In this document: positions 55,030 through 64,000 of the stretch, piece by piece
Position numbering within the stretch: position 1 is the first letter of the stretch
Layout of the letters: every line of letters starts with the position of its first letter
Assembly: GCA_031414535.1 (NCBI GenBank)
Contig: JANNVQ010000029.1
Location: 160,001 to 224,000, forward strand
Source of the DNA: Gemmatimonas sp.
GTDB taxonomy: Bacteria > Gemmatimonadota > Gemmatimonadetes > Gemmatimonadales > Gemmatimonadaceae
Direction of reading: 5' to 3'
Length of the DNA stretch: 64,000 bases
The notes under the pieces: generated by a model
Told to the model about the DNA's origin: nothing
The model's input: only the letters and a program-made list of their open reading frames with translations
Databases searched by the model: none
Program-made: the position numbers and the translations under genes

Positions 55030-57486
55030 TCACCGTCGGACGCGCGCGCTGCACTTGATTTCCACGCGCGCCGCCGGCCGCGGCAGCGCAGTGACTGCAA
55101 GCGTGGCGCGGCTCGGCGGATCAATGGGGAAAAATCGCACATACTCGGCGTTCATCGCCGCGTAGTCCGCCATACTCGTGAGAAACACGGTGCACTCGCC
55201 GACATCCGCCATCGTCGCGCCGGCTGCTTCGAGCGATGTGCGAATGTTCTCCAAGGTCTGCCGAGTCTGAGCGGCCACTCCACCGGCGATAATCTCTTGC
55301 GTGCCGGGCACGACGCCCGTCATTCCAGAAACAAAGACGAAGTCGCCGTCGCGAATAGCCACCGAGTACGCCGGTACCAGCGGTGCGAGGCCAGGCGGGT
55401 CAATGCGTCGGCGTTCGGCGCTACGGCGAATCGTCGCCTCACGCGCGGCATCGCGCGCTGGTATCACGATTGGTTCAAACCACGTGGGCACAATCGTCCG
55501 GCTCGAGGGCGACGCCGCAGCGACTTCGCCGAGAAACTTCTCACGGTCCGCAAGCGCCGCCGCTGGTGGATTCGGATTCCCATACCCGTCCGCGTGCGAG
55601 GGAATAACGACTGCCGGGTAGCCGAGTGCGCGCATCAATCGGCCAGTGAAGTCAAAGATCTCCAAGCGCTGACTGTTCGCTCCCACGAGCGCGATATCAG
55701 GCCGCAGCCCCTCCATCTCGCGCTCGAGAAAATTCATGGAACCCATCGCGAGCACTTCGTGGCCACCAATGCGAATGAGGTACGCAAGGCTTCCGCCTTC
55801 CTGATACTCATTGCGCCGCAGAGGTGCACGCAGTCCGCGCGGTGCCGTGCCCGCGATGCCGCGTCCGTTGCCGAAGTAGCGTTTGTCATCGAGCGCGCTG
55901 TGAATGCTGGGAATCACGCGGAGCGAGAAGGTTTCGAAGTCGTAATCCTCACCGCCAACCGCCGTGATCAGCTTGTCTTCGGCGACATCATAGGCACGTG
56001 CCAGGTTGGCGGCCGTCTCAGTGCCGATGATCACCGCTCCCGTGCGCTTGCTGATTGGGCCCGCGTCGAGTGCGTGATCGGAGTGACCGTGCGTGACGAG
56101 GATATAGTCGGCGCGCTGAATGTGACGATTGATCAGCGCGGTGTCGGCAGGATACGGGTCGGTTGGTAAGATTTCGCGCGCTGGGCCGGTGCGGCTCCAG
56201 CGATTGAATTGCGTCACGAAGGGGTCAACCAAGACTACGGTCTTGCCGTCGGTGATCTCCCAACCGGCGTTGCCGAGGTAGGTGAGTCGGAGCTCGCCCG
56301 CTTGCAGCGCGCCTTGTGCCGGTATCGCAGTGGCAGCCCTGCGCTCGCAGGGCATGCTGCCCGCACCGAAGTAGAGTGCGTTCGGGGCCTCTGAGCGCGC
56401 CACGGCGATGTCAGGGCGACCGTCTTCATCGAAGTCTCCTATGCCAATGCCATAGGCAGCGCCTTGGGCATCCCCCATCGCCACGGAGCTGAAGCGTGCA
56501 CCGTCGCCATCGTTGAAGTACACCGTGGTTTGTGCGCGAACGTTTCCGACAATGAAATCCGTCTTGCCATCGCAATTGGGATCACCCACCGCGAGTGCGT
56601 AGGGTACGACTCCCGGCTCGCCGACAGTGCGCGGTGCGGCGAAGCTGCCGTCGCCGCGGCCATCGTACACGGCGACGCCGCGCGCTTCATCAATCGCCAC
56701 GACGTCCATCCGTCCATCACCATTCAGGTCGGCCGCCTCGGCGATGCGCATTTGCGCGTCCGCTGGGCCGAAGGGTACGCTCCGCAACTTGGTCAAGTCA
56801 GCAGCGGCCGCGCCGAAGTAGAGGCGGCTCTGACCGCCGTTGCGATGCGGCACCAGCAAGTCTGTGAAGCCGTCGCCGTTGAAGTCCGAGGCGGTAATGG
56901 TTGTCGCGGGCTCACTCGCGAACGGGATACACGCGGCATCAAACCGGCCCGCACCGCGATTGAGACAGATGTAGTTAGAGCCGGCTCCGCGGCCATAGCG
57001 ATTCGCCGCGATGATGTCCGGTCGCCCATCACCATTCATGTCCGCAACGGTGGCATTGCGCATCGGCCAGTCGGGGCGCCCGTACTCGGAGCCGACGGTG
57101 AACTTGCCCCTGCCGTCGTTCAGATACACCAACTTCCGGCTCGGTGCGTCGTTACTCGTGACGACGTCGAGATCGCCATCTGCATCGAGATCGACCAAGC
57201 GCGCCGAGTAGGTCTTCTCCGCGGTCGCGCCTAAATCGTAGCTCGCTTTGACACCACCTCGACCGTCCCCGAGCAACACGCGACTCACAAGCGGCCAGTG
57301 CCGACCCTTGGCGAGGACGATGTCGAGATGCCCGTCTCCGTCGAGGTCACCAAAGCTTGCATTCGCGGAGGTCTCGGAGCTGGTCTCCAAGAGCAGCGTG
57401 CGATCGTAGCGCGGGAGTTCGCGCGCGCTCAGGGCCAGGAGTGAGGCGGCGCTGAAGGCGAGGAGGGCGGGAGGGGCGATGGTCAT
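55030..57486 (-). CDS. Exported FG-GAP/VCBS propeller - metallo-beta-lactamase-fold hydrolase - RidA fusion
   Basis: Repeated DxxGDGxxD; YLGNAGW, THGHSDH; YSVAIRDGDFVFVSG, PSRAT, VEIK. Confidence 0.85.
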   Translation of the reverse strand: MTIAPPALLAFSAASLLALSARELPRYDRTLLLETSSETSANASFGDLDGDGHLDIVLAKGRHWPLVSRVLLGDGRGGVKASYDLGATAEKTYSARLVDLDADGDLDVVTSNDAPSRKLVYLNDGRGKFTVGSEYGRPDWPMRNATVADMNGDGRPDIIAANRYGRGAGSNYICLNRGAGRFDAACIPFASEPATTITASDFNGDGFTDLLVPHRNGGQSRLYFGAAAADLTKLRSVPFGPADAQMRIAEAADLNGDGRMDVVAIDEARGVAVYDGRGDGSFAAPRTVGEPGVVPYALAVGDPNCDGKTDFIVGNVRAQTTVYFNDGDGARFSSVAMGDAQGAAYGIGIGDFDEDGRPDIAVARSEAPNALYFGAGSMPCERRAATAIPAQGALQAGELRLTYLGNAGWEITDGKTVVLVDPFVTQFNRWSRTGPAREILPTDPYPADTALINRHIQRADYILVTHGHSDHALDAGPISKRTGAVIIGTETAANLARAYDVAEDKLITAVGGEDYDFETFSLRVIPSIHSALDDKRYFGNGRGIAGTAPRGLRAPLRRNEYQEGGSLAYLIRIGGHEVLAMGSMNFLEREMEGLRPDIALVGANSQRLEIFDFTGRLMRALGYPAVVIPSHADGYGNPNPPAAALADREKFLGEVAAASPSSRTIVPTWFEPIVIPARDAAREATIRRSAERRRIDPPGLAPLVPAYSVAIRDGDFVFVSGMTGVVPGTQEIIAGGVAAQTRQTLENIRTSLEAAGATMADVGECTVFLTSMADYAAMNAEYVRFFPIDPPSRATLAVTALPRPAARVEIKCSARVRR

Positions 57487-57524
57487 GCGAAGAAACTACA
57501 CCTAACGCGCAGGCCTTGCCCCCA

Positions 57525-59450
57525 TCAAGGAGGAGATGTCGGGGCTCGCGCCTCAACGATGACTTCGAGCGGGATTTGCCACCCCGCACCGTCGCTCGTT
57601 ACGTCGATGACGTAATGCCCCGGCTTGGCGGCCGTAAACTCAAAGTCCGCCGTCTCGCCAGGCCCCATCAGGACGCGCGCTAGACGCGGCGTCCGACGGG
57701 CCTCAGGCAAATCGGCGCCGTCCTTGGCGATGGGGCGCCACTGCACGACGGCGGAGTCGCTGCGCATCGTGAAATTGATTGCCCAGTCCGGGTGAATGGA
57801 GACAAAGCGCAGACGGTGTGTCTCGCCAGCAGTCAGGCGGAGTGGCGCCGGACTGCGACTCCCGTTCACGTAGGCGTACGGACTTTCGTTCTTTGCAACC
57901 ACCGGAGGCCCGCCGCCGCCAGCGACGATCAAGTGGTCGCGAGTCAGGTCGCGCGGTCCGTCAGAAACGAGGAGCGCGCCGTACATCCCGGAGAGAATGT
58001 GTGCTCGGTCGTTGAGATGCGAGTGGTACAGATACGTGCCGGAGCGCGGCGGTATGAACTCCGCCACAAACGAGTCGCGCGCCGCCACCTGGCCGTACAT
58101 CCGATTGCCGAGTCCGCTCCAGTTGGGCACGCCATCGGGATAGCTCTCAATCTCGAGGCCGTGCCAATGCACGCTGGTCGGTTCATCCATCGTGTTGTGC
58201 ACCACGATGCGGACAGGCTTGCCTCGCTCAAGTTCGAGCGTGGGGCCTGGAATCCGCACACGGTTCTGCGGCGGTACGGAATCGCCCCGTTGCAGCATGA
58301 ACCCGACTGCCGGTACACCGGCGACGAGCCGGTTCGGCTCGCGCTGCACATACAGATGCATCGTGCGCGCACCCTCGGTGCTCGGCGCTACATACCCGGG
58401 AGTGGGTTCGACCGTGATGGCGATGGCCAGACCGCGCATCGAATGCTCGGCTGGCGCGTGTGCGGCGCCGTCGTGCGAGGCATGCGCCAGTGCCGCAGCC
58501 TCCGCCGAGTCACGCGGCGCACCGACGAGCGATGAGGTTTCGTCCACATGGAAGGCGAAGTGGCAATGGAAGACCCAGTTGCCCGGCGTATTCGCGAGGA
58601 ACGAGAAGACCTCCGACGTGCCCCCCTGCACCATATCCGTGTTGGTGAGCGTCTGCTCCGCTGCGGGAACCGGCTTGTTGTTGGATTCCTCGATGCGATA
58701 ATAGAAGCCGTGCAGGTGCATCGGATGCCCGAACGGGATGGTGTTCACGACGCGAAACCTGGTGGAATCTCCCTGGGTCAGCCGTAGCAATGGCGTGTGT
58801 GGGAACGCCTTGCCGTTGATGACTGCGACAGTCTCGAAGGCCTGCAGGCGGTTCGGATAGGGATGGAACCACTCGCTCATCAACCAGATGTAGTCGTCGG
58901 TGCGCGCACCGGGACGATCTACCACGATGACACCGTTGAGCTGGGAGTCGAGCCAAGTTCGATCCACGTCCCTCGTGCCGGCGAACGCTCCCCAGTAGTA
59001 CCACGTGCCGGCGGCATCGAGCCGGAACTGCAACTCGCTCTCGCCGCCGGCCGCGAGAGAGAGCGTGTCGGGGACCGCGGCTCCAGTGGCGCGAAGCCCT
59101 CCGATGACGAGCGCGGAGTCGCTACGATTGCGAATGCGCATGCGCACCGTGGTGCCCTGCGGGACACGGAGCATCGGTCCCGGCACGAGCGCCGCGCTGC
59201 CGCGTTCGGCGAACGCGAGAATCGGCACCTCGGGATCGTCGGGGCCTTCGGGCCGCCAGCGGGCAACGACAACGTCGAGATCAAGCGTGAGGACTTGGCT
59301 ACGAAGACGGCCGGCGGGGGCGCGGTTGTCGTTCGCGACCGCGACGACTGCTGCCGGATTTACGCGCGGCAATGGGACGCGCGGCAATGGCGCAACGAGC
59401 TGTCCCTGAAAGGCGACGGCAACCAGCGCGAGAACGTGGACGGACATCAT
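57525..59450 (-). CDS. Four-cupredoxin-domain multicopper oxidase
   Basis: HPMHLHG and HCHFAFH in domain 2; VHWHG and YHSH in domain 3; signal peptide. Confidence 0.88.
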   Translation of the reverse strand: MMSVHVLALVAVAFQGQLVAPLPRVPLPRVNPAAVVAVANDNRAPAGRLRSQVLTLDLDVVVARWRPEGPDDPEVPILAFAERGSAALVPGPMLRVPQGTTVRMRIRNRSDSALVIGGLRATGAAVPDTLSLAAGGESELQFRLDAAGTWYYWGAFAGTRDVDRTWLDSQLNGVIVVDRPGARTDDYIWLMSEWFHPYPNRLQAFETVAVINGKAFPHTPLLRLTQGDSTRFRVVNTIPFGHPMHLHGFYYRIEESNNKPVPAAEQTLTNTDMVQGGTSEVFSFLANTPGNWVFHCHFAFHVDETSSLVGAPRDSAEAAALAHASHDGAAHAPAEHSMRGLAIAITVEPTPGYVAPSTEGARTMHLYVQREPNRLVAGVPAVGFMLQRGDSVPPQNRVRIPGPTLELERGKPVRIVVHNTMDEPTSVHWHGLEIESYPDGVPNWSGLGNRMYGQVAARDSFVAEFIPPRSGTYLYHSHLNDRAHILSGMYGALLVSDGPRDLTRDHLIVAGGGGPPVVAKNESPYAYVNGSRSPAPLRLTAGETHRLRFVSIHPDWAINFTMRSDSAVVQWRPIAKDGADLPEARRTPRLARVLMGPGETADFEFTAAKPGHYVIDVTSDGAGWQIPLEVIVEARAPTSPP

Positions 59451-60427
59451 CAGGGCGTGCCTCCGCGGGGGACCTTCCCATCTGCTCCCAACACTCCATC
59501 CAATCTAAGGTGCGCGATGCTTGGCCCTGTCCGCGTCATCGTCACCAGCGTGACATGATCCAGCGCCATCGGGTCGGCAGGGTTCTGCCCGCCGCCGGTG
59601 GTGCCGAGCGTGAAGTATTCGCGGCCGAGGCGCTCCTCGCGGTTGAGCGAGTGGAGATGCCCGCTGAACACCGTGTAGGGCCGATCCGCGAGCGCAGCCT
59701 CGATGGCATTGAACTCGGGGTCGCTTGGGTTGCGCCACACGGGCTTATGGAAGAACACAAAAGTCCAGCGCACATCGCGATGCTCTGCAAGGACGCGTTG
59801 GACATAGGCAGCCTGCTCGGTCCCGATGTCTCCGAAGGAGCGTTCCGGCATGCTGTAGTACGTGAGACCGTCGGTGCTGGTGCGGCCCTCGCGCTGAGCC
59901 TGCAAGGCTTCGTTGCGCGCCTCAAAGATGGCGCGCGCTCGCTCGGGGCTGAGATCCTCGGTGTCGAGAATCAGGAAGAGCGCGTTCTTGTACACGAAGG
60001 AGTAATAGGTGGGGCCGTAGCGACGTCGCCAGACATTGCGGAGTTCTGTGCCGGTGAGATCGTGGTTGCCGCCGACGCGAAAGAAGGGAGCAGGCATGGC
60101 GCGCGCACGCGCGTCGAAGCTGTCCCACTCGCGCGTGATGGCTGAGTCCACGGGCGTCGGGCCGTCAATCAGATCGCCCACGCTCATCACAAGCTCAGGG
60201 CGGAGGATGGCGAGCTGCGCGACCGCGACGCTGAACACGCCAGGACGCTCGCCGCCGGTGAGATCGGAAGTGATGGCGAAGGTAAACTGGCCCGCTGAGG
60301 TGTCGAAGCGAGTGTGTGTCCACGGGAGCGCGGTACCTAAGAGGTCGTGACGAAATGGCGTTCGCGTCGCGCTCGTGCACGCCGTCACGGCCGTGGCCAG
60401 TAAGACGGCGCAGAGGATCGGGCGCAC
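59450..60427 (-). CDS. Calcineurin-like metallophosphoesterase, lipoprotein
   Basis: SD, GDLID, GNHD, FFHKP, GHLH; lipobox VTAC. Confidence 0.9.
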   Translation of the reverse strand: MRPILCAVLLATAVTACTSATRTPFRHDLLGTALPWTHTRFDTSAGQFTFAITSDLTGGERPGVFSVAVAQLAILRPELVMSVGDLIDGPTPVDSAITREWDSFDARARAMPAPFFRVGGNHDLTGTELRNVWRRRYGPTYYSFVYKNALFLILDTEDLSPERARAIFEARNEALQAQREGRTSTDGLTYYSMPERSFGDIGTEQAAYVQRVLAEHRDVRWTFVFFHKPVWRNPSDPEFNAIEAALADRPYTVFSGHLHSLNREERLGREYFTLGTTGGGQNPADPMALDHVTLVTMTRTGPSIAHLRLDGVLGADGKVPRGGTP

Positions 60428-60429
60428 GG

Positions 60430-62082
60430 TCAGCGGGTCCTCGCGAACGACGCTTCCATCAGCACCTTCAGGTTCGGATCCAAGCGCACTTCAGTGGGTT
60501 CCGCAGGCGCGTCAATGGTGAAGACGCTATTCCGTGCGTTCATCTGGACGCGATGCATCGTGGGCGTCGCCTGCCCACGGATGTACACCGCGACTTCCAT
60601 TGGCATCGTGAAGGCACTGCCGTCAGTCTGCACCTGATCGAGCGTGATGCGTAGCTGCTTGGTGCGGGCATCGTAGGACCAGCCACCGTTCACCTTCAGC
60701 GTGCCGGGCTTGTAGAGCCACTGCTCAAAGAACGTGCCGAGGTCGAGGCCGGATGCCTCTTCCATGGCGCGCCGGAAGTCGGCGGTGGTGGCGTTCGCGT
60801 TGAAATGCTCCCGATAGTACGCACGAATGCCGCGCTGGAAGGCCTCGTCGCCCACGACGCTACGCAGCATGTGCAGCACCCAGCTGCCTTTCTGGTAGGT
60901 GTGCGAGCTCGTGACATCCTCCATCCGCTCAAGATTCGGATGGATGATGGTATAAGCGGGATTCGCCGCAGCAAATGTCATCACCGTGCGCTTGCTCGCC
61001 TCGAGGCCGCGCACAAACTCGTCGCGACCGTAGGCGTGCTCGATGTACATCAGCGTGAAGTACGTCGCGAAGCCCTCGCTCTGCCACACATCGTTCCAAT
61101 CGTACTCAGTGACCGCGTTGCCAAACCACTGATGCGCAATCTCGTGGATGACCACGTTACGCCAGCGCACGCTGCGAGTCCCCGTCACCGAGCTCTCGTG
61201 GTAGAGAATCGCCGATGCCGACTCCATCCCACCGCTCACGCTGTTGGACTGGATGTTGGCCAGCCGCTCGTAGGCAAAGGGTCCCACGTAATCGCTGTAA
61301 AAGGCCAGCGCGCTCTTCGTGGGCGTCGCGAAGTCGTCAAAGCCGGCATCGCGATCCTGCGGGTACACCCAGGTCTCTATGGCTTTGCCTTCGAACGTGT
61401 CAACCTGCTGCACGGCGAATCGCGCAACGCCGAGGACGTAGAGCCAGGTCGCAATCGGCACGGAGTTGCGCCAGTGCGTGAGGCGGCGATTGCCGGGCAG
61501 GTCCGTGATCTCGACCTGCAGTCCGTTGGAGACCACTTGGTAGTGGCTCGGCGCAGTGACGATAAACTCGCTCGACGCCTTGTCGTAGGGATGATCAATG
61601 GTGGGCAACCAATGCCGTGTGCGATTGGGCCAGTTGTCGCTGAAGAAGGTGCGATCGCCGTGCCGGTTGGGGCCGATGGCCAGTCCAGATGCCGGAATGC
61701 CTCCGTAGCGCACGACTAGTCGCGCACGCTGCCCAGCGGCGGGCGAGGAAACGAGCGGAACCGCCAGCACGTCATTCTCGTGTGTGAACGTCACGGTCTC
61801 GCCGTTAAGCGTGACGCCCGAGACTCGCATGCCCTTGCCGCCTCGCGAGGCATCCACGTTCATGAGGTCCAATCGCAAGGCCCGAACACCCGCTACCACG
61901 AAGCGCAGGTCCATCGTGAGCTCGCCAGCAATCGCGTCGCTCGTGTCCGAAACCTCTAAGCGAAACGCATAGTTGAGCGCGTCGATGCTCGGGTTCTTGG
62001 GATAGGTGTCGAGCGTCGCCCACGGCGGAGCGACGGCGAGGAGCAGTGCGGCGGCGAGCGGGCGCGGGGAGAGGATTCGCAT
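60430..62082 (-). CDS. M1 family aminopeptidase
   Basis: GGMES, HEIAHQWFGN-x-EGFATY, YQKG. The ORF-track extension to 62334 overlaps the divergent GH16 gene. Confidence 0.93.
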   Translation of the reverse strand: MRILSPRPLAAALLLAVAPPWATLDTYPKNPSIDALNYAFRLEVSDTSDAIAGELTMDLRFVVAGVRALRLDLMNVDASRGGKGMRVSGVTLNGETVTFTHENDVLAVPLVSSPAAGQRARLVVRYGGIPASGLAIGPNRHGDRTFFSDNWPNRTRHWLPTIDHPYDKASSEFIVTAPSHYQVVSNGLQVEITDLPGNRRLTHWRNSVPIATWLYVLGVARFAVQQVDTFEGKAIETWVYPQDRDAGFDDFATPTKSALAFYSDYVGPFAYERLANIQSNSVSGGMESASAILYHESSVTGTRSVRWRNVVIHEIAHQWFGNAVTEYDWNDVWQSEGFATYFTLMYIEHAYGRDEFVRGLEASKRTVMTFAAANPAYTIIHPNLERMEDVTSSHTYQKGSWVLHMLRSVVGDEAFQRGIRAYYREHFNANATTADFRRAMEEASGLDLGTFFEQWLYKPGTLKVNGGWSYDARTKQLRITLDQVQTDGSAFTMPMEVAVYIRGQATPTMHRVQMNARNSVFTIDAPAEPTEVRLDPNLKVLMEASFARTR

Positions 62083-62149
62083 ACAGGCTGGGCTGGGCGT
62101 GAGCAGGCCTCGGCTAGCGAAGGCCACATCGTGAGCGCAAACTTGGGGC

Positions 62150-63046
62150 ATGTTGAACAGCCTGTCCAATGCCATCCCGCGGATTGTGGGCGCCCCGATC
62201 CTGGTTGTACTGCAAATCGCCTGCGCCGGAGCCGGCGACTCCGCTTCGAAGGCGGCCGAAGCTGCCGCCTCAGCTGCTGTCGCAGAGTGGGAAGTTGATT
62301 TTCTCGACGACTTCGACCGCTTCGATGCTGCCAACTGGCAGGATCAGCAGATCTGGGTCAACAACGAGCAGCAATGCTACGTCCCGGACGGTCGGCATGG
62401 CACGCGCGAGGTGAGTGAGGGCACGCTGAGGATGCGCGTCGTGGATCTCGGTGCCCCCGTGGAGTGCGATGTGCTCGACAAGCAGGGGAGGCAGCATCCG
62501 CCCACGCAATGGGTGGCTGGCCGCATCATCTCCAAAAACCGACGCGAGTTCGTGCAGGGCCGTTGGACGGCGCGCCTGCGGGTACAGGGCAGCGGACAAC
62601 CCGGCATGTTCCCCGCGTGGTGGTTACTCGGCGCGCGCAACAACGAGCCACCGCTGCGAGATGCCGACGAGACCGTGTGCTGGCCGATGACGGGCTCAGG
62701 GGAGATTGACATCTTCGAGCATCACAGCGACGGCGGGCCTGACCACTATGCGGCGCGCGCCATCAAAAGCAATGGCACCTGCGGTGGTGGCGATTGGCAG
62801 GCGCTGATGCACGTACAGGCTGCCGCGCTCGCCGAATGGCACGAGTATGCGGTGGAATGGGAAGGGAGTGACCTGCGCTTCCTCCTCGATGGTACGGAAG
62901 TGCATCGGAGCACCGCGCAGGGCGACGCGTTTCCTGAGCCGCTGTTTGCCCTGCTCAATTTTGCCAAGATTAACCCGGCACCGATGACGGTGCCGTCGTG
63001 GACGATGGAAGTGGACTGGGTAAAGCATGAACGGCGTCTGCCTTGA
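62150..63046 (+). CDS. GH16 family glycoside hydrolase, probable lipoprotein
   Basis: WVNNEQQCY, FPAWWLLG, GEIDIFE catalytic motif, WHEYAVEW, MEVDWV. Confidence 0.9.
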   Translation: MLNSLSNAIPRIVGAPILVVLQIACAGAGDSASKAAEAAASAAVAEWEVDFLDDFDRFDAANWQDQQIWVNNEQQCYVPDGRHGTREVSEGTLRMRVVDLGAPVECDVLDKQGRQHPPTQWVAGRIISKNRREFVQGRWTARLRVQGSGQPGMFPAWWLLGARNNEPPLRDADETVCWPMTGSGEIDIFEHHSDGGPDHYAARAIKSNGTCGGGDWQALMHVQAAALAEWHEYAVEWEGSDLRFLLDGTEVHRSTAQGDAFPEPLFALLNFAKINPAPMTVPSWTMEVDWVKHERRLP

Positions 63047-63056
63047 GGACGCGCCG

Positions 63057-64000
63057 ATGATGCAACTCCGACTTTTCTGCATTGCCTCGCTCCTCGCGAC
63101 GGTGGCCTCCGTTTCGGTAGGGAGTGTCGTAAACGCTCAGGCCTCGACGGCAGATCTTCTGGCCTCCTGCAATGCGCCAACCATCGCGGAAGTCGTGCAC
63201 GCCGCCGCGAGCACCGAGCGCGACGCCCGCGCCTATTGGCTCGACCGCGCGACCATCCAGTGGCCCGGAGGCAGCGAGGGCCGCGTCGTGCTGTACCGCT
63301 CGGAGCGAGCCGCACTGCGCGTGGACTCAGGTGCACAAGTGGTCGGTGCGAGCGAGGCCATCGCGCTGCAGCCGCTCACGTCGCCGCTGGCTCCCGGCAT
63401 AGCGGAGCGCTTCAAGTTCATCGGAGCGGGTCCGCGATTCGCTCTTCCCGAGGCGAGGCGCGCAGAAGCTGCGGACTTGCTGCGAGATCAACTACTACTC
63501 GTGCGCGAGGACGCCGAGGGCCGCGTGCTCGATGCCACGGAAATTCAACTCCCAGGCGCACTCGACGACCGCTTCGCCGCTGCGGTGAACGCGCCGGACC
63601 TCGGCCCCACATTCCGCGCCCAACAAGCAGCGGTCGCGCTCTGGGCCCCGACGGCGCGCAGCGTCTCACTCTGCGTCTACCCAAGCAGCGCTGCTCCCGC
63701 CGAGCGCGTCGTAGCAATGGAGCGCGAGAACGCAACCGGAATCTGGCGCGCCGCAGCATCGCGAGATCTTCGCGGGCGTGCGTATCTCTTCTTGGTCGAG
63801 GCATTCGTGCCCGGCGTTGGTGTGGTTCGCAACCGCGTGACCGACCCCTACGCCACCGCGCTCACGGCCGACTCCAAGCGTAGTGTGTTTCTCACTCTCG
63901 ACGATCCGCGCACACTACCGCATGGATGGCGGCGCGCCGCGCGTCCGCGAGCGCTCACGGCTGTGACCGACCTCGCAGTGTATGAGCTGCACGTCCGCGA
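63057..64000 (+). CDS. Pullulanase-type alpha-1,6-glucosidase (GH13), 3'-truncated by the window edge
   Basis: Not in the ORF track. Manual translation: MMQLRLFCIASLL..., ARAYWLD, QLPGALDD, LWAPTARSV, TGIW, VTDPYA, VYELHVR. Confidence 0.9.
   Translation, partial: MMQLRLFCIASLLATVASVSVGSVVNAQASTADLLASCNAPTIAEVVHAAASTERDARAYWLDRATIQWPGGSEGRVVLYRSERAALRVDSGAQVVGASEAIALQPLTSPLAPGIAERFKFIGAGPRFALPEARRAEAADLLRDQLLLVREDAEGRVLDATEIQLPGALDDRFAAAVNAPDLGPTFRAQQAAVALWAPTARSVSLCVYPSSAAPAERVVAMERENATGIWRAAASRDLRGRAYLFLVEAFVPGVGVVRNRVTDPYATALTADSKRSVFLTLDDPRTLPHGWRRAARPRALTAVTDLAVYELHVR

Noticed and set aside
55400..56300. MBL domain as an antibiotic-resistance beta-lactamase
   Set aside because: HxHxDH is common to the whole fold; the context looks like a UlaG-type generic hydrolase.
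62083..62334. N-terminal extension of the M1 peptidase ORF
   Set aside because: Antisense to the GH16 gene; the signal peptide starts at 62082.
1..64000. CRISPR arrays, tRNA/rRNA, riboswitches, IS elements, prophage or defence genes
   Set aside because: None recognised by eye and intergenic gaps are mostly under 200 bp. An Infernal/Rfam scan would be needed to exclude small RNAs.

Overview
GC-rich, gene-dense bacterial DNA with about 46 genes. The gene style suggests Gemmatimonadota (inference): an expanded family of Ser/Thr kinase + beta-propeller receptors and many exported peptidases and hydrolases. I saw no rRNA, tRNA, CRISPR array, integrase or transposase. Main contents: five Hanks-type kinase receptor genes (one partial); a divergent FGE/sulfatase pair; a bciA-like 8-vinyl reductase hinting at a bacteriochlorophyll-making host; an 11-kb minus-strand block (DUF1028, VPS10/BNR, DUF885, APC permease, AKR-Rid fusion, molybdopterin oxidoreductase) with a second NhaC/TIGR04076/AKR locus; an mscS-CBS-mgtE operon; ppc; a sulfur-handling operon (sqr-tusE/dsrC-dsrE-hypothetical-fadL-like) followed by an Ig/cupredoxin lipoprotein; an FG-GAP-MBL-RidA triple fusion; a four-domain multicopper oxidase; M1, M24, M28 and M42 peptidases; a GH16; and a partial pullulanase. 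Best candidates for undescribed systems are the sulfur relay coupled to a FadL-type channel and the AKR/Rid/Mo-enzyme/TIGR04076 catabolic set. Also notable are a mosaic kinase paralog, several pseudo-enzymes, and a recurring leaderless-type -10 box 5-8 nt before start codons. All family calls come from motif recognition by eye; no database search was run.
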